Positions 36,562 to 45,976 of a stretch of DNA of 64,000 nt are shown piece by piece. A program made the translations under genes and the position numbers. The stretch's first letter is position 1. Every line of letters begins with the position of its first letter. Source of the stretch: Dehalococcoidia bacterium (GTDB taxonomy: Bacteria > Chloroflexota > Dehalococcoidia > Lucifugimonadales > UBA3495); NCBI GenBank assembly GCA_965237745.1, contig OZ250156.1, positions 1,953,426 to 2,017,425 of the forward strand. The letters are read 5' to 3'. Below the pieces are notes generated by a model. It was not told where the DNA came from. It searched no databases and saw only the letters and a list, made by a program, of their open reading frames with translations.

Positions 36562-38007
36562 ATGAGGGGCCGGATGATGAATGAGAGCAGGGGAAGTGAA
36601 AACCCGGGAGCGAAGAAGGGTAGAGGAGCACAGCGCCTGCCGGCAGAGTTGTCCCGGGTAAACCTGAACGCCGCCGGTATCGACGTGGGCGCCAGCAGCC
36701 ATTTCGTGGCGGTGCCCGAGGACCGCTGGGAACAGCCGGTGCGCGAATTTGAGGCCTTCACGGCTGAGTTGTACCGCCTGGCCGACTGGCTTGCGGAGTG
36801 CGGGGTGGAGACCGTGGCGATGGAGTCCACCGGGGTTTACTGGATACCCCTGTTCGGGGTGCTGGAGGAGCGGGGATTTGAGGTGATGCTGGTGGACCCC
36901 AGCCGCATCAAGAACGTGCCCGGGCGCAAGACGGACGTGCAGGACTGTCAGTGGCTGCAGCAGTTGCACACCTACGGGCTGCTGTCGGGAAGCTTCCGTC
37001 CGGAGGGTGAGATACGTTGCCTGCGCAGCTACCTGCGGCAGCGGGCCATGCTGGTAGAGTACGCCTCCCATCACATCCAGCACATGCAGAAGGCGCTGAC
37101 CCAGATGAACGTCAAGCTGCAGCACGTCATCAGCAACATCACGGGCAAGACCGGCATGAAGATCATTGAAGCCATAGTGCGGGGCGAAAGGGATCCGTGG
37201 AAACTGGCCGCGCTGCGCGATCCCAGGACCAGGGCCGACGAGGCGACCATCGCCAAGTCGCTGCAGGGACACTGGCGGGAGGAACACATCTTTGAACTGA
37301 CCCAGGCCCTGGAACTGTACCGGACCTATCAGGACAAGATCGCCCAGTGCGACCGGGAGATTGAAAGGCAATTGGAGCGGTTTGAGGACCGCAGCGATGG
37401 CGAACCTCCTGCTGGGGATGGCGGCAAGCCCAGCCAGGGGAACGCGCCCCGCTTCGACCTTCGGAGCCACCTGCATCGGATGACGGGAGTGGATCTTACC
37501 CGCATTGACGGAGTGGACGCTTTCACCGCACTGAAAGTGGTCGGCGAAATCGGCACGGACATGACCCGGTGGCCCAGCGCCAAGCACTTCGCCTCGTGGC
37601 TGGGGCTCAGCCCCAACAACCGTATCACGGGCGGGAAGGTGATCAGCTCCCGGACCAAGGCCAACGCCAACCGGGCGGCGGCGGCATTGCGGCTGGCGGC
37701 CAACGCGCTGCATCGCTCGGACAGTGCCCTGGGAGCTTTCCTGCGCCGGAAGAAGGCCCAGTTGGGATCTCCCAAGGCCATCACGGCCACGGCGCACAAG
37801 CTGGCCAGGATCATCTACTCCATGCTGCGCTACGGGCAGGGATATGTGGATGCCGGAGCCCAATACTACGAGAGTCAGTACCGCGAAAGGGCCCTCCGGG
37901 CCGCCAAGCAGAGAGCGGCGCAACTGGGCTACCGGCTGGTGCCGGTCGCAGATGCTCATGACCTCAACCCTGTCCCGTCCACGACCACGGCGGCTACCGC
38001 AGCGTGA
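36562..38007 (+). CDS. IS110-family DEDD transposase/recombinase
   Basis: AAGIDVGASSHFVAV, VAMESTGVYWIPL, C-terminal LTRIDGVDAFTALKVVGEIG...FASWLGLSPNNRITGGKV...AANALHRS. Start could be 36562, 36574 or 36577. The antisense 591-aa ORF is rejected. Confidence 0.85.
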   Translation: MRGRMMNESRGSENPGAKKGRGAQRLPAELSRVNLNAAGIDVGASSHFVAVPEDRWEQPVREFEAFTAELYRLADWLAECGVETVAMESTGVYWIPLFGVLEERGFEVMLVDPSRIKNVPGRKTDVQDCQWLQQLHTYGLLSGSFRPEGEIRCLRSYLRQRAMLVEYASHHIQHMQKALTQMNVKLQHVISNITGKTGMKIIEAIVRGERDPWKLAALRDPRTRADEATIAKSLQGHWREEHIFELTQALELYRTYQDKIAQCDREIERQLERFEDRSDGEPPAGDGGKPSQGNAPRFDLRSHLHRMTGVDLTRIDGVDAFTALKVVGEIGTDMTRWPSAKHFASWLGLSPNNRITGGKVISSRTKANANRAAAALRLAANALHRSDSALGAFLRRKKAQLGSPKAITATAHKLARIIYSMLRYGQGYVDAGAQYYESQYRERALRAAKQRAAQLGYRLVPVADAHDLNPVPSTTTAATAA

Positions 38008-38013
38008 CGGTAC

Positions 38014-38226
38014 TTGTTAGTCGATAGCCTCCGTCGAGATTCACGCCGTCAGGATTGGCAAAGACTGGGCAGTTGGTGGTACTCATACGTGGGCTTGGCT
38101 GTGGACGGTACGATGGACGACCCACCGGAAAGACTCGACGAAATCCGGGCGTGGATGCTGGAAACCCTGCCCAAGTTCAGGGATGTGTTCAACCCGCGGT
38201 TGGAGAAAATCCTTGCCGAACTGTAA
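38014..38226 (+). pseudogene. possible 3' remnant of a gene cut by the IS110/MITE island
   Basis: The 70-codon ORF starts directly after the IS110 stop. Only its last ~40 codons (DDPPERLDEIRAWMLETLPKFRDVFNPRLEKILAEL) look protein-like. No family recognised. Confidence 0.25.
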
Positions 38227-38301
38227 GGGGCGTAAGCCGGACGCTTCTACCTGCTAATGTATAATGCGGCCACCGTAGCCCGCCGCTGCCGAGGTGCCGC
38301 A

Positions 38302-41061
38302 ATGACTATGTCCATGCCTCTCTTTCCACAAGAGCGCCAGCCGCTGCTGATGATCATGGACGGCCACGCCATGGTGCATCGCTCCTTCCGGGCCATCTCC
38401 ACCCAGCGCAACCTGACCAGCAGCGCCACGGGGGAGGACACCACCGGCGTATACGGGTTCGCCAACGTGTTCCTGCGCGCCCTGCAGGAATGGAACCCGG
38501 CCTACTGCGCCATTGCATTTGACACCTCTGCGCCCACCTTCCGCCACCTGCAGTTCGAGGAATACAAGGCCCAGCGTCCGCCGACTCCGCCTGAGCTGCG
38601 CCCGCAGTTCGACCGGGTGAAGCAGCTTATGACAGCCTTCGGCGTTCCTGTTTTTGAGCTTGAGGGATGGGAAGCGGACGACGTTATCGGCACCCTGACG
38701 CGGCAGGCGGAGGAGGCAGGCGTCGATTCGGTGATACTGACCGGGGACCGCGATACCTTCCAGCTCATTACCCCTCATGTGCGGGTTGATCTGGCCTCCA
38801 GCATCCAGGACCGGCGCGTATACGACGAGGCCGAGCTTGCGGAACGCTACTCTGGCCTGACCGCCGCCCAGCAGCCTGACTTCAAGGCGCTGGTGGGCGA
38901 TACGTCCGACAACATACCCGGCGTCCCCAGGGTGGGTGAGAAGCGGGCTGCCGGCCTATTGGGGGAGTATGGGACCCTGGAAGGCATTTACCAGAATATC
39001 GACACCGTGAAGCCCCCCAGTGTTAAAGCTGCGCTGTCAGAGAACGAAGATCGTGCCTACGAGAACCGACGCCTGATGACCATCGACAGGCAGGCTCCGG
39101 TTTCGCTGGACCTGGACCAGTGTCGCTTTTGGAATTACGACCGGCGAGACGTGGTGGGCCTTCTGACCGAGCTTGAGTTCTTCAGCGTCGTGTCCCGCGT
39201 TCCCAGCCCTGACGGTGCCGACGCAGTTGAAGCAGGAGCCGACAGAGAGCCGAGTGTGGCGACCGAATACACGGTGGTGCAAAGCTTCGAGCAGTTGGAC
39301 TCGATGATTGCAGCCATCGAGGAAACGGGCGCCTTTGCCTTCGACACTGAAACAACTGATTTGGACGCCATGCGGGCCCAGCTTGTCGGGCTCAGTTTTT
39401 CCACTGCGCCCGGGCGGGCTTGGTACGTGCCGGTCGGACACCGCGAGGGAGCGCAGTTGCCTCTGGAGTCGGTCCTAGCTGCGGTGCGACCGCTGTTCGA
39501 GTCGCCGGACATCGCCAAGTGCGCCCACAACGCGAACTACGACATGACCGTGCTGGCAAACCACGGAGTCAGATTCGCCAACGTGGACTTCGACACCATG
39601 ATTGGCGCCCACCTGCTGGGCAAGAGCTACAACCAGCTGGGCCTGAAAGACCTGTCGCTGAACGAACTGGGCCACGAGATGACGCCCATCACCGATCTCA
39701 TAGGCCGGGGGCGAAAGCAGGTGACCTTTGATCATGTCGAGATTGCCGACGCCGCAGACTACGCGGCCGCCGACGCCGACATCACCCTCCGGCTGCGCGA
39801 GGTGTTTGAGCCCCAGTTGGACCGGCAGGAGTTGCGCGGCCTGATGGACGACACTGAGCTGGCCCTGCTGCCGGTCTTGGTGAGGATGCAGCGCCACGGC
39901 ATCAGGATGGACGCGGGCGTTCTGCACGAGATGTCCGCCGATATGTTCCGGCAGATGGGAGAGATCGAGTCCGGCATATACGGCTCCGTCGGACACCAGG
40001 TAAACCTCAACTCTCCGGCACAGCTGAGTGATCTGCTGTTCAAGGAGTTGGGGCTGCCGCACACCAAGCGCACCAAGACCGGTCACTACTCCACCGACGC
40101 CAATTCGCTGGAGTCGCTGAAGGGCATACACCCGGTGGTGGACCAGATTCTTGAGTACCGGCAGGTGGCCAAGCTCAAGTCCACCTATGTTGATGCCCTG
40201 CCGGAAATGGTCAATCCACAGACGGGCCGGGTGCATACCAGCTACAACCAGACCGGCTCGGCCACCGGCCGCGTCTCGAGCAGCGACCCCAACCTGCAGA
40301 ACATTCCCATACGGACCGAAACAGGCCGACAGGTGCGCCGTGCCTTCGTGGCTGAGGGCGCGCCGGACTGGCAACTGTTCTCGGCAGACTACTCGCAGAT
40401 TGAGCTGCGAGTGCTGGCCCATATGTCCCAGGACTCTGAGCTTCTGGACGCCTTCCGGCGAGGCGAGGATATCCACTCAGCCACCGCCTCGCTGATGTTC
40501 GAGGTGCCGCTGAACGAGGTGGACTCGGACATGCGGCGAATCGCCAAGGTGCTCAACTTCGGTGTTATCTACGGCCTTTCACCCCACGGCATAATGCAGC
40601 AGACGGGCTTCAGCCGGGAGCAGGGGAAGGAGTTCATTGACACCTATTTCGCCAAGTACCCGGGAATCAGCGAGTATTTGGAGTCGATCAAGGCTCAGGC
40701 CCGCGCCGATCAGTACGTGGAAACACTGATGGGCCGCCGTCGCTACCTGCCCGAGATCAACAGCTCCAATTTCAACACGCGCGGCGCCGCAGAGCGCATG
40801 GCAATCAACATGCCCATCCAAGGCACTGCGGCGGACATAATGAAGCTGGCCATGGTGCGTGTCCAGCGCCGCCTCGACGCCGAAGAAATGCGAACCAAGA
40901 TGCTGCTGCAGGTGCATGACGAGCTGGTCTTCGAGACCCCGCAAGAGGAGATGGACGCCCTCAAAGACTTGGTGTTCGACGAGATGCCCGCCGCCATGGA
41001 TTTGGACGTCACCCTGAAGGTCGACGCCAAGTGGGCCGACAACTGGGGGGATATGGAGTAG
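38302..41061 (+). CDS. polA: DNA polymerase I
   Basis: 5'-nuclease (LLMIMDGHAMVHRSF, GDRDTFQL), 3'-5' exo-like (AFDTETT) and polymerase motifs (DYSQIELRVLAH, RRIAKVLNFGVIYG, QVHDELVFE). Confidence 0.95.
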   Translation: MTMSMPLFPQERQPLLMIMDGHAMVHRSFRAISTQRNLTSSATGEDTTGVYGFANVFLRALQEWNPAYCAIAFDTSAPTFRHLQFEEYKAQRPPTPPELRPQFDRVKQLMTAFGVPVFELEGWEADDVIGTLTRQAEEAGVDSVILTGDRDTFQLITPHVRVDLASSIQDRRVYDEAELAERYSGLTAAQQPDFKALVGDTSDNIPGVPRVGEKRAAGLLGEYGTLEGIYQNIDTVKPPSVKAALSENEDRAYENRRLMTIDRQAPVSLDLDQCRFWNYDRRDVVGLLTELEFFSVVSRVPSPDGADAVEAGADREPSVATEYTVVQSFEQLDSMIAAIEETGAFAFDTETTDLDAMRAQLVGLSFSTAPGRAWYVPVGHREGAQLPLESVLAAVRPLFESPDIAKCAHNANYDMTVLANHGVRFANVDFDTMIGAHLLGKSYNQLGLKDLSLNELGHEMTPITDLIGRGRKQVTFDHVEIADAADYAAADADITLRLREVFEPQLDRQELRGLMDDTELALLPVLVRMQRHGIRMDAGVLHEMSADMFRQMGEIESGIYGSVGHQVNLNSPAQLSDLLFKELGLPHTKRTKTGHYSTDANSLESLKGIHPVVDQILEYRQVAKLKSTYVDALPEMVNPQTGRVHTSYNQTGSATGRVSSSDPNLQNIPIRTETGRQVRRAFVAEGAPDWQLFSADYSQIELRVLAHMSQDSELLDAFRRGEDIHSATASLMFEVPLNEVDSDMRRIAKVLNFGVIYGLSPHGIMQQTGFSREQGKEFIDTYFAKYPGISEYLESIKAQARADQYVETLMGRRRYLPEINSSNFNTRGAAERMAINMPIQGTAADIMKLAMVRVQRRLDAEEMRTKMLLQVHDELVFETPQEEMDALKDLVFDEMPAAMDLDVTLKVDAKWADNWGDME

Positions 41062-41104
41062 GTGGCGGGAGTAGGGGGTTGGTAAAGCCGAGGGGAGTGA
41101 TAGA

Positions 41105-41461
41105 GTGGGATTGACCGAAGTGCAAGCCACAATAATCGGAAGCCAAGAGACGAGAGAGTACACCTTTGTGGTCGATACGGGCGCCACTTACTTGGGGCTG
41201 CCAGATGAGGAAATTGAGTCCCTCGGACTCCAACCGAGCACAGGAATCATAAGAGTAGTGACCGTGACGGGCGTCGTAGCACTGAATTCCTACTTTGCCG
41301 TCGGTGAACTAAATGGCGAGCGATTTGGAGCCATGCTGATTCCTACGGCTGAACCACTGCTTGGGTACGAACTGCTGCAGAACTTGAGGTACAAGGTTAA
41401 TCCGGTAAGCCACGAAATCGAGAAGGTTTCAGACGACGAAAGGCACCCTCCATTTCTCTAG
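41105..41461 (+). CDS. retropepsin-like (clan AA) aspartic protease, copy 1
   Basis: 118 aa; active-site-like FVVDTGATYLGLP; small single-domain size typical of prokaryotic retropepsin homologues. Confidence 0.65.
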   Translation: MGLTEVQATIIGSQETREYTFVVDTGATYLGLPDEEIESLGLQPSTGIIRVVTVTGVVALNSYFAVGELNGERFGAMLIPTAEPLLGYELLQNLRYKVNPVSHEIEKVSDDERHPPFL

Positions 41462-41497
41462 GCGATGAGCGTAGAACGGAATTCAAGGAGCATCTAA

Positions 41498-41857
41498 ATG
41501 GGAGTGGCCGTCGTGCAGGCCAAGGTCTTTGGTGAACTGGAGACCCGTGAGTACAGTTTCTTGGTTGATACCGGGGCCACTTTCCTCGCCCTTCCTAAGG
41601 AAGAAATCGAATCCTTGGGCCTGAGGAGGGCTAGAGGCACTGTCAGACTGATGAGCGCCACAGGAATGGTGAATGTTGAGACCTACTTCGCCGAAGGAGA
41701 GCTTATGGGGCAAGAGTTCGGCGCAATTTTGGTGCCCTCAGCTACCCCACTACTTGGGTACGAACTGCTGCAGAACTTGAGATTCAAAGTAAATCCGGTC
41801 ACGCACGAAATCGAGAAGGTTTCAGACGACGAAAGGCATCCTCCATTTCTCTTGTAA
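41498..41857 (+). CDS. retropepsin-like (clan AA) aspartic protease, copy 2
   Basis: 119 aa; FLVDTGATFLALP. The 3' ~108 nt are nearly identical to copy 1. Confidence 0.65.
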   Translation: MGVAVVQAKVFGELETREYSFLVDTGATFLALPKEEIESLGLRRARGTVRLMSATGMVNVETYFAEGELMGQEFGAILVPSATPLLGYELLQNLRFKVNPVTHEIEKVSDDERHPPFLL

Positions 41858-41870
41858 GTGAGTACACCTC

Positions 41871-42746
41871 ATGGAACTAATCCGCAGCCTGATCTTCGTT
41901 CCGGGGAACCGGGAAAATATGCTGGAGCGGGCCCGCTCCTTTGACGCCGACATCATCATGGTGGACTTGGAGGACTCGGTGCCTCCCGGCGAGAAGGCCA
42001 CCGCCCGCGAAATGGCCCGCGAGTGGGTGCCCGCCCTGCAAAATGAGGGAAAGCGGGTCATGGTGCGTGTCAACTCGCTGGACACTGGACTGACTCGTGC
42101 GGAGTTGGAGGCGGTGGTTTCTCCATCTCTCCATGGCATCAGCTTGGGCAAGGTGGAGTCGGTGCGGGATATTCGCACCGTTGACAGCCTGCTCTCTCCG
42201 CTGGAAGCGTCTGCTGGGCTGGAAATCGGGTCGCTGCGCATAATCCCGTGGATTGAGACGGCCAAGGCGTTGTGGGACGCCCGCGCCATCGCCGAGTCGT
42301 CGCGTCGAGTGGTTGCGATCGCCTTTGGCGCAGAGGACTTCACCAACGATATGGGTATCGAGCGGAGCGACATGGGCAAAGAGGTCAGAGTCCCCAGGGC
42401 CATGGTCCCGATTGCAGCCAGGGCCGGCGAAGTCGGTGCTCTCGACTCGCCCTTCGTCCGCTTCCGGAATCCCGATGCCTTGAAGAAAGACGCCCGCAGG
42501 GCGCGACGAATGGGCTACACTGGCAAATTCGCTATCCATCCGGCCCAGCTTGAGACCATCAATGAAACATTCAGCCCCTCGGCCGAGGAAGTGGAATACG
42601 CTCGCCGGGTGGTCGAAGCGTGGGATGCTGCGGAAGCGTCAGGACGAGGTTCGTTGGCTCTGGACGGCAGGATGGTCGATGTGCCGGTGGTCAAGCGCGC
42701 TCAGAACCTGCTGGCCTTGGCGGAGGCCATCGGTCTGAGCGGTTAG
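41871..42746 (+). CDS. HpcH/HpaI aldolase / citrate-lyase beta-subunit-like (CitE-family) CoA-ester lyase
   Basis: RSLIFVPGNRENMLERA..DADIIMVDLEDSV, FGAEDFTNDMG, FAIHPAQL. Confidence 0.8.
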   Translation: MELIRSLIFVPGNRENMLERARSFDADIIMVDLEDSVPPGEKATAREMAREWVPALQNEGKRVMVRVNSLDTGLTRAELEAVVSPSLHGISLGKVESVRDIRTVDSLLSPLEASAGLEIGSLRIIPWIETAKALWDARAIAESSRRVVAIAFGAEDFTNDMGIERSDMGKEVRVPRAMVPIAARAGEVGALDSPFVRFRNPDALKKDARRARRMGYTGKFAIHPAQLETINETFSPSAEEVEYARRVVEAWDAAEASGRGSLALDGRMVDVPVVKRAQNLLALAEAIGLSG

Positions 42747-42764
42747 CAGCGGGACGGTGGCGTC

Positions 42765-43139
42765 ATGCCTGATCGAATCCTGCTGGAAGGGATGCAGTTC
42801 TACGGCTATCACGGCGTGAACCCGGAGGAACGCGTACTGGGACAGCGATACGTCGTAGACTTGACGGCCGACTTGGACCTGAGGCGCGCCGGGGCCTCAG
42901 ACCGGCTGGAGGACACGGTCAGTTACTCTCACATCTACCGAACGGTAAGGTCGGTGATGGAGGGAGAACCGCGCAACCTGTTGGAGTCGGCGGCCCAAGC
43001 CATCGCCGACCGGGTGCTGGCCGAGTTTCAGGTCGACTCCGTGTCGGTTACGGTCAAGAAACCCAACCCGCCGGTGCGCGGTTCGTCTATCGAGTTGGCC
43101 GCGGTGCAGATTCACCGGACCCGCTCGCCGCAAAAATGA
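42765..43139 (+). CDS. folB: dihydroneopterin aldolase
   Basis: ILLEGMQFYGYHGVNPEERVLGQRYVVDL...DRLEDTVSYSHIY...VSVTVKKPNPPV. Confidence 0.85.
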   Translation: MPDRILLEGMQFYGYHGVNPEERVLGQRYVVDLTADLDLRRAGASDRLEDTVSYSHIYRTVRSVMEGEPRNLLESAAQAIADRVLAEFQVDSVSVTVKKPNPPVRGSSIELAAVQIHRTRSPQK

Positions 43140-43212
43140 GGGGTGTTCCAAAGGCCCAGCCGTTCGTGCCGAGTTGGTAACAGAATGGCCGGTCAGAAGG
43201 AGGGGAGAAATC

Positions 43213-43788
43213 ATGAGAGTTCACGACTACCATGACGGCAACCGCCAATTGCAGGATCGCTTCAATACGCGCAGGCTGGCCGACCGGCTCAAGGATAGAG
43301 TCACGGAAACAATCGGAGTTGAAGCCAAGGCCATCATAGAAGAGGCCAGAATGTTCTTTCTCGCGACCTGCGATGATCGCGGGTTGCCCACCTGCTCATA
43401 CAAGGGGGGCGATCCCGGCTTCGTGCGGGTTGTGGACGACAGGACGCTGGCCTTCCCCAACTACGACGGCAATGGCAAGTACCAGTCGATGGGCAACCTG
43501 CTGCGCAACCCAAACGTAGGCCTGCTGTTCGTGGACTTTGAGGGAAGCCAGCGCCTGCGGATTCAGGGGGTTGCCAGAATAGAGGACGATGACGAACTGC
43601 TGGCTGAATACGCCGAGGCCCAGTTTATTGTGCGCGTGGAGGTGACAGAGGCCTACAAGAACTGCCCGCGCTACGTCCACAAATACCGATTCGTGGAGCA
43701 GTCCGAGTACGTCCCCCACCTGGACCGTGAGACTCCGCAGCCTGCTTGGAAAAGCAGCGAAGAATTGAAGGACGCCCTCCCTCGTTAG
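43213..43788 (+). CDS. pyridoxamine 5'-phosphate oxidase-family (split-barrel) protein
   Basis: MFFLATCDDRGLPTCSYKGG.PGFVRVVDDRTLAFPNYDGNGKYQSMGNL..NPNVGLLFVDF. AGGAGGGGA RBS before the ATG at 43213. Confidence 0.7.
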   Translation: MRVHDYHDGNRQLQDRFNTRRLADRLKDRVTETIGVEAKAIIEEARMFFLATCDDRGLPTCSYKGGDPGFVRVVDDRTLAFPNYDGNGKYQSMGNLLRNPNVGLLFVDFEGSQRLRIQGVARIEDDDELLAEYAEAQFIVRVEVTEAYKNCPRYVHKYRFVEQSEYVPHLDRETPQPAWKSSEELKDALPR

Positions 43789-43848
43789 GAAAGTCAGGAA
43801 TGATCGACTACATACGGGGATTCCACGCCGCCTGTCAGTCCGCTCCGG

Positions 43849-44250
43849 CTATTTCTTTAGCGAAGGCGGTGGCTCGGTAAACTCTTCACCGGCTGCGGCT
43901 GCGACCTCCCGTCGGCGGTTCCAAGCCTCCCATTCCCGCTGGGTGGTCTCTTGGCCTTCCTCCCGGCCTTTCTCAATTCCTGCATTGTAGCGCTTCTTCA
44001 GATACCGCTCTGAAATCAACACGATTGCCTCCGTCCGGACCAGGCTTTCGCCTGCGATTGCGATGACCGACGCACCTACTCCCCTGGTGATGGACAGGAT
44101 GGACTCAGGCCAAGTATCGCCGGAAACCTGAGCTATTTCGTACCATACCACCAAGCCAATCAGTGCGACTAGTTGTATGCTGAACAGGAACAGGTACAGC
44201 GAGGCCCAGTCTTCGGGTACGCTCCAGATGGCCGTGCGGCGGTCTCGCAT
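43849..44250 (-). CDS. hypothetical membrane protein
   Basis: 133-aa ORF with two hydrophobic helices and a charged C-terminal tail. No family recognised. Confidence 0.4.
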   Translation of the reverse strand: MRDRRTAIWSVPEDWASLYLFLFSIQLVALIGLVVWYEIAQVSGDTWPESILSITRGVGASVIAIAGESLVRTEAIVLISERYLKKRYNAGIEKGREEGQETTQREWEAWNRRREVAAAAGEEFTEPPPSLKK

Positions 44251-44276
44251 TCTGAAGTTCTCGCGCCGGGATGCGT

Positions 44277-44858
44277 CTAACTGTCCCGTCCGGCCTCGCT
44301 GAAGGGCTCGCGCGCGAAGATTCGCTGCACCATTGGCTCGAAGAACTCCAATGGCAGAGACTGGTAGTCAGGGTCAAAGGACGATTGGTCCCAGAGATGG
44401 CAGAAGTCCACGGTGTCCTGGTACCACTGGTGGTCCCGGTAGGCGTCGCGGGCATTGCGGTCGCCGCCCGTATGGTGAGCGTAGTAGTAGCTCTGGAACA
44501 GCCCGTGGTGGCGCACGATCCAGTGGGTTTTTTCCGAGACATAAGGGCGCAGCACGGCGGCGGCCATCTCGCTGTGGTTGTACGGCGACAGCAGGTCGCC
44601 CACGTCGTGCAGCAGGGCCGCAACGACCATCTCCTCGTCGGCGCTGTCCCGGTAGGCGCGGGTGGCACTTTGAAGCGAGTGTTCCAGCCGGTCAACCTTG
44701 TAGCCCGAAAGGGAACCAGCCAGTCCCCTGAGCTGCGCCAGGACGCGGTCTGCGGTGCCGTCGGCGAGCTTGGTCTCAAGCCGCTCCAATAGTTCGTAGT
44801 CCTCGCGGGTGCCCTCGGCCATGCTGGTAAAGGCCACAGTTTCGTTTGCGTCGGGCAT
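44277..44858 (-). CDS. HD-domain protein (PhnZ/MIOX-like)
   Basis: VVAALLHDVGD, HSEMAA, IVRHHGLFQSYYYAHHTG. Start set at MPDANE (44858). Confidence 0.6.
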   Translation of the reverse strand: MPDANETVAFTSMAEGTREDYELLERLETKLADGTADRVLAQLRGLAGSLSGYKVDRLEHSLQSATRAYRDSADEEMVVAALLHDVGDLLSPYNHSEMAAAVLRPYVSEKTHWIVRHHGLFQSYYYAHHTGGDRNARDAYRDHQWYQDTVDFCHLWDQSSFDPDYQSLPLEFFEPMVQRIFAREPFSEAGRDS

Positions 44859-44964
44859 AAGGCAGCTCCGGTTTTCCGGCTGTTGGATTGAAAATTGTGG
44901 TGTAGTATTTGTCCTGATTTTAACATCCCGGCGTTCGGTCCGGGTTGAATCGGGAGGCGGCCGG

Positions 44965-45852
44965 ATGTCTGATCGAAAGAGGCTGGACGGGCAGGTTGCC
45001 CTTATTACCGGGGGAGGGCGCGGCATCGGTCGGGCTATCGCGCTGGCCTATGCCGCGGAGGGGGCGTGGCTGGCGCTCTCGGCCCGCACCGCTGCGGAAC
45101 TCGAGGAAACAGCGCGGGCCGTGTCGGAGCGTTTCGGCAGCGAGGTCATCACCGCCGTCGCCGATGTGTCAGACCACGGTCAGGTTGATCGCGCCATTGC
45201 GCGCGCGCTGGAGCATTACGGAGCCATAGACGTGCTGGTCAACAACGCTGGCAACATCGGGCCGGTGGGCAAGGTGTGGGACAATGACCCCGAGGAATGG
45301 GCCCGCACCATAGCAGTGCACCTGATGGGCGTGTTCTACGGCTGTAGTGCAGTTCTTCCCTCGATGCTGGAAAGGGGCCGTGGCCGCATCGTCAATATGT
45401 CCGGCGTCGGCGGCCCCAATATGTCGGCCTATGACGCCGCCAAGATTGGCATCGTCAACCTGACGGAAAACCTGGCTCTGGAACTGGCGGAAACGCCGAT
45501 AACCGTCAATGCCATCAGCCCAGGCTCTATCCACACTCGTATGTGGGAGGAAACGCGGGACTTGGCGCTGGCCATCGGCGATATGGCGACCTACGAACGG
45601 GGCGTACAGGTAACCTCAGGTGAAGGGGCGTCCATAGAGCGGGCAGCTGAGCTGGCGGTATTTCTGGGCAGTGACGATTGCGGCAGCATGTCAGGACGAC
45701 TCATCCGGGCATTTTCTGACAAATTCGAGGAATTGCCGGACCGGATGGACGAAATTATGGCGTCGGAGGCCTATCTGCTCCGCCGGGTGGATCCGGAGCG
45801 GCCTTTCCCCACCTCTCAGTCATACCCCGACCTGCCCATAACCGGACCGTAG
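44965..45852 (+). CDS. SDR-family oxidoreductase
   Basis: VALITGGGRGIGRAIAL, NNAG, YDAAKIG catalytic YxxxK. GGGAGG RBS before 44965. Confidence 0.85.
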   Translation: MSDRKRLDGQVALITGGGRGIGRAIALAYAAEGAWLALSARTAAELEETARAVSERFGSEVITAVADVSDHGQVDRAIARALEHYGAIDVLVNNAGNIGPVGKVWDNDPEEWARTIAVHLMGVFYGCSAVLPSMLERGRGRIVNMSGVGGPNMSAYDAAKIGIVNLTENLALELAETPITVNAISPGSIHTRMWEETRDLALAIGDMATYERGVQVTSGEGASIERAAELAVFLGSDDCGSMSGRLIRAFSDKFEELPDRMDEIMASEAYLLRRVDPERPFPTSQSYPDLPITGP

Positions 45853-45976
45853 GATTGCGCAAACGACATCGGGATGCGACGCCGGCTAAATTCGGCTTGT
45901 GAGGGCGGCTGCCGTGTTGTAGTATCTGGCCCATCGGTTTCCGTCTGCATACTAATTCAAGGATTGGGGGTTAGCC

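Noticed and set aside
36184-37959. 591-aa minus-strand ORF
   Set aside because: Exactly antisense to the IS110 transposase, which has clear family motifs. The composition is Arg/Gly/Pro/Leu-rich, typical of shadow ORFs in GC-rich DNA.
39475-40476. 333-aa minus-strand ORF
   Set aside because: Lies inside polA on the opposite strand, and polA motifs are definitive.
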